Shown: positions 7,901 to 16,900 of the stretch, piece after piece
How positions within the stretch are numbered: position 1 is the first letter of the stretch
Layout: each line of letters begins with the position of its first letter
Source of the DNA: a virus
Taxonomy: Duplodnaviria; Caudoviricetes
Strand: one strand, 5' to 3'
Length of the DNA: 60,376 nt
Virus record (IMG/VR): IMGVR_UViG_3300047548_000760
Location: 1-60,376 of that record
Program-made: the position numbers and the translations under genes
The notes under the pieces: generated by a model
What the model was told of the DNA's origin: nothing
Database searches by the model: none
Seen by the model: only the letters and a program-made list of their open reading frames with translations

Positions 7901-10900
7901 AGCGTCGTTGTGCAGAACGGGGTGATCGTCACATCGAACTCGGTTTCTCCACTTGTTGAGCTGACGAACTCAAGCCTCGACTTTGATGCTCCTGTGCGTG
8001 GTCGCGTTCACGTTCTCAACTCGGATGTTCAGGGACTGGTCCTTACGTTTGTTCCGGAAGATTCGTCTGGCGCGACAGCCACAAAGATGAGTCCGCGAGC
8101 CGTCCAGCAATACAAGGACGGCGTTCCCATTGAAAAGATCACGGAGACGGAGTTCTCTGACGCTGGCGGCATCAAGCCGGACGGCTCGCGCACCCCGCAC
8201 ACGACCGTTGGAGCCCTGGTCAAGGGCCCGGCACCGGGCGCCCCGGTAAGCGCGCCCGCAACGACGCAAGGAGCTTCCGATGTACGACAAGAAGGGCAAG
8301 GGCGGCGGCAAGAAGAAGCGCTGACGCCAGAAGCCGGCGCGCCTGGGCAGCAGCCTGGGGCGCCGGCCGCAGCACAGACGCCCGCTCCAGCTCCTGCTCC
8401 GCGCACCCCTGAAGCTATGGGCGACGCACTCAGGCGGCGCATTCAAGGCGACGTCCAGGCCAAGAGAGACGGCGAAGCAGCCTACCAAAGCGGTGCCGAT
8501 CGCATCCCGCCCGAGTCGATGACTGCGCCATCGCAGCGAAGGATGTGGCTGGAGGGATACGACACGGCCGCGCCGGCCTCGTCGCCCGCACCAGCACCAG
8601 CGCCGACCCCGGCCGGTGGCGCCAACACCGTCTTCACCGAGGACGCTGCAGCGGCTGCCCGTGCGCGCCTGAAGGCCAAGCTGGGCCGGCTGAACTCCGG
8701 CATCGACCCCGAGACGATGCTGGACGGCATCACGCTCGCGGGCTACCACATCGAGCGCGGCGCGCGGACCTTTGCGGCCTACGCTCGCGCGATGGTCGAT
8801 GACCTGGGCGACGCCGTGAAGCCCTACCTCGTGTCCTGGTACTTGGCCGTGCGCAACGATCCGCGCGCATCTGACTTCAAGGCCGACATGGACAAGGCCG
8901 GCGCCGTTGAGGATGCGGACCTGGACGCGCTGTTGGCGAACAAGGGCAAGGCGCCCGAGGCCGCGTCAGCCGTTCAACCGTCCCTCAACACACCGGCCGG
9001 CCGCATGGCCCTGGCCCAGGTCATTGCCGACCGGTTCATCGGTGGCGACGGCTTCAAGACCATCATCGAGGCCCGCAAGTTCATCGCAGAGGCCACGGGC
9101 GAGAAGATCGAGGCCGGCACCCAGGCCGCGAAGCTGGCCGACGAGGCGATCGAGATGGCCGTGGTCATGGCCGGGCGCGAGATTGTCCAGGCCGCACGTG
9201 CCCAGGGCCGCAGCGACAGCGTCATCTACGACCGGCTGGTGAACCTGTACGACCTGCAGCCGACGCTGGGCGTGCGCACGTCCACCAGCGTGCGAGAGCA
9301 GGCCTACAGCACGCCCGTGCCCCTGGCCTTCCTGGCGTCTCGCCGGGCCCAGGTCGGGCCCGACAGCACGGTGGGCGAGCCCACGGCCGGCAACACCATG
9401 CTGCTGATCGAGGTCGACCCCGAGCGCGCTGCGGTCAACGAGCTCAACGCCGACCGGGCGGCCAACGCTCGCGCACTGGGTTTCACGGTGACCAGCCACG
9501 ACGCTGCGCGCCACCAGCTCGCGCCCGAGAAGTCGCTGGACCGGGTGGTGGCCAACCCGCCGTTCGGGGCAGTCAAGGGCGACGACGGGCAGACGGTGGT
9601 GTTCCCGGTGGCCTCGAACTACGGCACGCGCGAGATCGACCATGCCATCTCGTTCAAGGCCCTGGACGCCATGAAGGACGACGGATCGGCGGTGCTGATC
9701 CTGGGCGGCGTGGACGCCTCCAACGAGGAAGCGATCCGCGAGGGCTATCGGAGCAAGAGCAAACGGGAGTTCTACTTCCGGCTGTACGGTCTCTACAACG
9801 TGGTCGACCACTTCACGGTCGACGGCGGTCTGTATTCCAAGCAGGGAGCGGGCTACCCTGTGGATGTGGTTGTGATCCGGGGGCGCGGCAAGGCGACCCG
9901 TGCGATGCCGGCCGCTGAACTGCCCAAGCGGTACGACAACTGGGAAGCACTGAAGAAGGAGAAGCTCGATGGATCAACCGAAGCAACCGCAACTGGCGTG
10001 GTGCCCACCGGGCCTGCCACCGGAACTGGCCGCAGTGATGGTGCCCAAGGACAGCAGCCTGGAGCCGGGGGACTGGTGGATGGCGCTGGCCGACAGGGTG
10101 CAGGAACTGGTGGACAAGGAGCCGGACCCGGACGAGGCGGCGACGTGGGCGGCACGGTCGCTGGGACGCCCGGGGCTGAGGGACAGCCAGGACGCCGGGG
10201 AGGTGCTGGTGCAGCGCAACCTGGAACTGCGGACGGCCCTGACGCTGGACGTGACGGCGCAGCCCAAGCACCCGTTTCCGGCCAAGGCCCTCGTGGAGTC
10301 CGCGGCAACGCGCCGGGCGATGGAGGAAACCGACCTGGAGACGTGGGTGGAACTGGCGGCAGCCAGGGTGAGCGCGTCGAGTCTGGACTAAGCGATCGCC
10401 GGGGCCTGGAGCAGGAGACCGAGACCCAGGTCGAATACGCGCCCCAGTCGGGCGCCGCGTCGGTGGGCACGCTGGTGCCCCGCGCCATGCGCGAGTCCAT
10501 CGCAGCCTCGCTCAAGCGGGTGGCTGACTCGGTGGGCAACATCGACGAGTTCGTCGCGGAGAAGCTGAACTTCGATCCCGAGACGCTGCGGGCCAACTTC
10601 TCGGCCGAGCAGGTCGACGCCCTGGCGCTGGCGATCATGAGCGCCGAGGCCGGCAAGGGCTTCATCATCGGGGACCAGACCGGCATCGGTAAGGGCCGGG
10701 TCGTCGCGGCGATGCTGCGCTACGCGATGATCAACGAGAGGATTCCGGTGTTCGTCACCGAGAAGCCGAACCTGTACGCGGACATGATCCGCGACCTGGA
10801 CGACATCGGCATGGGCGACGAACTGCGGCTGCAGTCCAACAAGCCGCTGATCCTGGCCACCAACTCCAGCGAGCCCATCCCCTACGTCCTGCAGCGCAAG

Positions 10901-13900
10901 TCCGGCGACACGATTGTCGAGACCGAGCACACGCTGCGTGCACCCGGGGCCGGCGCTGACCTGGAAAAGTTCTTTGACCAGATCGCGGGCAGCCGCGACA
11001 TCGGCCCGTACAAGGTTGTCTTCACCACGTACAGCCAGCTGCAGACCGTCAAGGGCAAGGTCACGGCGCGCATGCGCATGGTGCAGTCCCTGGCCCAGGG
11101 CGGCTACATGGTCTTCGATGAGAGCCACAACGCGGGCGGCACGCAGATCACGCAACCCCGCACCAAGAAGGACCGCGACGCGGCCAAGGCCGGCGAGACC
11201 ACGACGGGCCGCTCCGGGTTCGTGCGCAGCCTCGTGCGCGTCTCGTCGGGCAGCTTCTTCTCGTCGGCCACCTACGCCAAGCGCCCCGACGTGATGGACC
11301 TCTACAGCAGCACCAACATGCTGCTGGCGGTGGACCGGCCCGCTGACCTTGCGCCGGCCATCATGCAGGGCGGCGTGCCCATGCAGCAGATCGTGGCGAC
11401 GATGCTGGCCGAAGACGGGCAGTACATCCGCCGCGAGCGCACGTTCGCGGGCGTGACCTACGAGACCCGGCCGATGACGGTGGACCGGCAGACGGCCGAG
11501 AACATGGCGCAGTCCATGCGCATGATCCTGGCCTTCTCGCGCGGCAAGGAAGCCGCCGTCAAGGCAATGCAAAAGGAGTTCGACCGCGAGGGCGCCATGG
11601 TGGGCGTGTCTGGCGGCGAGAAGACCTCGGTGCAGGGCGCCAACTTCGGCGCGATCATGCACAACCTCATCGACCAGATGCTGCTGTCGCTCAAGGCCAA
11701 GGAGTCTGTGGACTTCGCCATCGAGCGCCTGAAAGCCGGCGAGAAGGTCGTGCTGACGGTGGCCAACACGATGGGCTCGTTCCTGTCGGACTATGCCGAG
11801 GAGTTTGGCATCCGCCCTGGCGAGCCTGTCACGCTCAGCTTTGCGGACCTGTACCAGCGCTACCTTGAGAAGCAGCGCGTGGTGAAGATCAAGCGCCCAG
11901 GCGGACCCAAGAGCGGCGTGCCGTACCGGCTGACCGACTCCGACCTGGGCAGTGGTCTGGTGGCGCAGTACAACGATGTGGCGCGGTTCATCCAGGAAGC
12001 CGGCTTCGGCTCCGCGCCCATCTCCCCGATCGACTACATGCACCAGCGGCTGCGCGAGGCCGGCTACAAGACCGACGAGATCACGGGCCGCAGTGTCACG
12101 GTGAGCTACGCGGGCAAGGCTCCGGTCCTGGCATCGCGCAACGCCAACATCAAGCAGCGCCTGACAGCGATCCGCGGCTTCAACAGTGGCGCAATCGACG
12201 TGATCATCCTCAACCAGTCGGGCGCCACGGGTCTGTCCCTGCACGCTTCGGCCAAGGTCAAGGACCAGCGCAAGCGGCGCATGATCATCGTCCAGGCCGA
12301 GAAGAACATCGACACCCACATGCAGATGCTGGGTCGCGTGCACCGCACGGGTCAGGTGATCACGCCGGACTACACGCAGGCCATGGCCGACATCCCGGCC
12401 GAGGCCCGGCCGGCGTCGGTGCTGCTGAAGAAGATGGCCAGCCTGAACGCCAACACCACCGCCAGCCGCAAGAGCGCGGTGACGGCCGAGGGCGTCGTGG
12501 ACTTCATGAACGACTACGGCGGTCAGGTGGCTGCCGAGTTCCTGCTGGACAACCCCGAGATCCACATGGACCTGGGCGGCCAGAAGGTGCTGGAGATCCC
12601 GGCCGAGGCCACGGAGGCCGACGAGGACCTGATCCGCAAGCTCACCGGCTACATCCCCATCCTGCCCATTGAGCAGCAGGAGGCGGTCTACCGCGACTTG
12701 GTGGACCGCTACAACGACTTGCTGGCCCGTGAGAACGCCATGGGCACCAACAAGCTCGAAGCCGCAGCGCTCGACCTGGGTGCGAAGACGGAAAAGCGCG
12801 AGCAGATCACGACCAAGCGCGACAGCCCCGTGCCGTCGCGGTTCGCCGAGCCGGCTTTCATGGAGCAGGTCGACGTGGCGCGCACGGTCAAGCCGCTGAC
12901 CAAGGCCGAGGTCCAAGAGGCCGTCAGCCAGTCGCTGGGCGGCAAGACCCCGCAGATGGTGGCCAACGAGCTCAACAGTTCCCTGGCGCAGCGCATGGAG
13001 CCGTTCCTCGTTGACCTGCAAAAGCGCCGCATGCAGCAGGGCGCCGACACGGACGGCGAGAAGCGCGCCCAGTTGGCCCAGGAGGTCGAGCGGCACCGGA
13101 TGCAGCAGTCGATCATCTCGGACCTGCTGTTTCGCTTCCAGATCGGGCAGGAGGTTTCGCTGCTGGACCAGCACCAGTCGGTGACCTACGGCGTCATCAC
13201 ATCGGTGTCGGCAGCCGGCAAGACCAAGAGCCCAGCCGCCGCTTCGGGCTGGAAGTTCACGATCGCCCTGGCCAACGGCGAGGCCCGCTCCATCACGCTG
13301 AGCGCCTCGCAGATCGGCAAGCAGTTCACCCTGCGCGCCGAGCGCGGGCCGGTGATCACGCTCAACCCCAGCACGAACGAGCCGGCCTCGATGAGGATCC
13401 CCGACCTGTTCGACGCCTACGGCGGCTCGGGCAACGTGCGGCGCGAGAAGCGCTGGATGGTCACGGGCAACCTGCTAGCGGGCTTTGCCTCGTACCCCGG
13501 TCAGATCCTCACGTACACCAAGGACGACGGATCAACCGGGCAAGGCGTGCTGATGCGTCGGGGCTTCGACTTTGAAAAGCGCAGGGGCGAGGCCAAGGCC
13601 TCGTTCCCTTCCGCAACCGTCATTCGCCTGTTCTTCACCGAGGCCGGCCGCAACGCCACGATCGGCACGCCCGATGGCGTGCTGCGCGTGAAGTGGTACG
13701 GCGGGAACTACCCGGCTGAGTTCGAGGTCGCCTCTTCCAAGCGCGAGGGCGGCAGGTTCTACCTGGATCGCGGCCTGACGGACGCCCTTGGGCGCGACTT
13801 CACCAAGGTCGGGCAGGTCATGCGCGCTGCGGTGACCGAAGACGACATGATGCGCGCCCTGGTCTACCTGATGACCGAGCGCGACGACGTAAAGCTCGAA

Positions 13901-16900
13901 GCGCAGACGAACAAGGACGTGGCCCGGCGCCTGCTGGGCCTGCCCGATGTGACGGAGTCGCAGGGCAAGCGCACGGGCGACAGACCGGCGTTCTCCCGCA
14001 CGGACGCGGCTACCAAGGGCATGACGGTTGCCGGCGTGCAGCGCGTCTCGGGCGGCGCGATGGCGGCCTGGGCAAACAAGCCCCGGCTGGTCGTGGCGCG
14101 CAACATCCAGGAGCCCAGCGTGCCGCAGGCGCTGCGCGACGAAGACGCACGCCAGCGCAAGGGTGGCGCAACGGGCGATGTGCGCGGCACCTTCTATGAG
14201 GGCGTCATCTACCTGTTCAGCGACCACCTGGGCAGCGACAAGGATGTGATCGAGACCCTGTTCCACGAGGGCCTGGGTCACTACGGCCTGCGGGGCGTGT
14301 TCGGAGATGCACTCAACGCGGTGCTGGACATGATCAACCTCGCGCGGCCGGACCTGATGCGCCCGAAGGCTGCCGAGTACGGAGCGGACCTGCGCAAGCC
14401 TGCGCAGCGCCGCAAGGTGGCCGAGGAGGTGCTGGCCAGCATGGCGCAGTCCGAGCCCTCGCTTGGGTTCGTGCGCCGGGCGGTGGCCGCGGTTCGCACG
14501 TGGCTGCGCACCAACGTGCCCGGCTTCGAGAAGTTGCGCCTGACCGACGACGAGATCATCCGCAGCTTCATCTTGCCGGCGCGCCAGTTTGTGATGCAAG
14601 GGCAGGCCCAGGCTGTTGCCAGCGCAGCAGGCGCCCAGGCGGCGTTTGCTCGCGCTTCCCAAGGCGGGCCCCGTCAGACTCCCGAGCAGCGCGCCGAGAC
14701 CATCCTGGCCACGCCCGTGACCCAGGCGCGGCCGCTTGATCGGGTGTTTCGCACTGTCTCGCGCATGACCGGCTTGGAGGCCGTGACCAACCGCATCTAC
14801 GGCCGGGCTGCCTACCTGCTGGATCGATTCACTCCTGAGACCGTCAAGGCCGGCATCGTCTCCGACTACGGCGTGCCCGAGGCGGTGATCGACATGCGCG
14901 TCATGCTGCAGGGCCGGCAGCGCCAGCAGTTGCGCCGCTCCGGCGAACTGGTGGACAAGCTGGCCAGCCTGACCCGCGAGGAGTCCCGGATTGCCTACGA
15001 GTGGATGAACATGGACGGCTCGGACCCCCGCGCCTACCTGTCCATGATGCAGGGCCTACCCGAGGAGTCCGTGCGGGTGCTGCAGGACGTGCAGCGCATG
15101 ATCGACGACCTGTCCAAGGAGGCGGTGCGCCTGGGCCAGCTGGACCCCAGGTCCTACGAGCGCTTCAAGTTCGCCTACCTGCGCCGGACATACGAGCGCT
15201 ACCTCGAAGAGTTGACCCCGCAGCAGCGGGCCAGCCAGCAGCGCGCCACCCGCATCCTGGGTGACCAGTACCGCATGCGCGGCTTGGTCGAGCCCGTGGA
15301 GATGGCCAAGATTAAGTCCGGGGACCCGGAGTGGTGGGGCCGCAAGGAGCGCGAGGGCAAGGGCGACACCGGTCTGGTGAACCAGAAGTTCATCAAGCTG
15401 GAGCGCCTGAAGCCCACGGGCGCCGGCACGATCCCGCTGCCGGGCATGACCGGCCGGCCCGATGGCAAGGTGCTTGAGGTGGTCTACTGGCCCGCCGATC
15501 GCGCCGTGCCTGCGAAGTACAGCGAGTGGCGCCAGAACGAGGTCTTTGAGGTCCGCGATGTGAAGGGCGGCAAGGTCATCCTGTGGCGCGACTTCACAAA
15601 GGACGAGCGCGAGGCCATGGGCGAGGTTGATGAGGCCCGCTTTGCGATCGCCCGCACGCTGCAGCGCATGGTCCACGATGTCGAGGTCGGGCGCTACCTG
15701 GAGGGCCTGTCCCAGAAGTACGCCAAGGCCGACGGCGACGAGATCGACGGCACCCTGGTGGAAGCCAGCGAGCACTGGCACCGGGCGTTCAAGCCGGGCG
15801 ACTGGGTGAAGGTGCCAGAGACCAAGATCACGGGCACGAGCGTGGCCAAGTACGGCAAGCTCGCCGGCAAGTACCTGCCGGGCCCGATCTGGAACGACGT
15901 GCGCTTTGCTGTGAACGGACCGTTCCAGCCGTTCGGCGAGGTCTACGGCAAGGTACTGTCGGCCTGGAAGGTGGCCAAGACGGCGCTGACACCGGCCGTG
16001 CACATGAACAACGTCATGGCCAACCTCGTGATGGCCGACTGGCACGAGGTGGGCGCGGCGCACGTGGGCAAGGCCCTGCGGATCATCCTGGCGGCCAACC
16101 AGCGCGACGGCAAGGGCGCACTTGGCAGCCTGGGCAACGTCGCTGCAAGCGGCGGCATCGCCGACCGCGAGGCGGCGCTGCAGATCATGAACCGCTACCG
16201 GGATGCGGGCGGCGACATCGGGTCATGGGCGACCCAGGAGATCGCCCGCGAGCAGATGGCCCCGCTGCTGGACGCTGTGCTGGAGGAGTTGGGGCGCAAC
16301 GGGGACGCCTCGGTGCAGGGGCAGATCGGCGTCATGGCGGCGCTGCAGCACTTGCTGCACCTGAAGCTGCCCGAGGCCTGGAGCGCGTTCAAGGCCAGCA
16401 AGCCGGCCACCGTCGCCGGCCGCGAGGCTCAGTCCATGATTGACCTGTATCAGGCCGAGGATGACGTGTTCCGGCTGGCGGCGTGGCTGGCAGCCAAGGA
16501 GCGCGGCCTGGATGACCTGCGCGCCGGCCGGGAGGCCCGCAAGTCCTTCCTGGACTACGACATCAACGCGCCCTGGATCGACGCGATGCGGCGCAGCGCG
16601 TGGCCGTTCATCTCGTTCACCTACCGCGCCGTGCCCATGCTCTTCGAGATCGCCGGCAAGCGACCGCACAAGCTGATGAAGCTGGCGGTGCTGGTTGGCG
16701 CCCTGAACATGCTGGGCGTGGCCATGTCCGGTGACGACGAGGACGAGGACGAGCGCCGTCGCCGCATGCTGCCCGAGGAAAAGGCCGGCAAGGTCTGGGG
16801 CATCGTGCCCAAGTTGATCCGCATGCCCTGGGACGACAAGAACGGCTCTCCGGTGTACCTGGACATCCGGCGCTTCGTCCCGGTGGGTGACATCGTGGAC

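Noticed and set aside
10388-13174. 928-aa minus-strand ORF
   Set aside because: Antisense shadow of the helicase region caused by GC3 bias; no motifs
16496-16676. AAGGAG plus +1-frame ATG (16512) in the giant gene
   Set aside because: Lies in a folded domain with no GC3 shift and reads as a Ser/Arg/Pro/Thr shadow; shows that SD+ATG alone is not enough evidence for a nested gene
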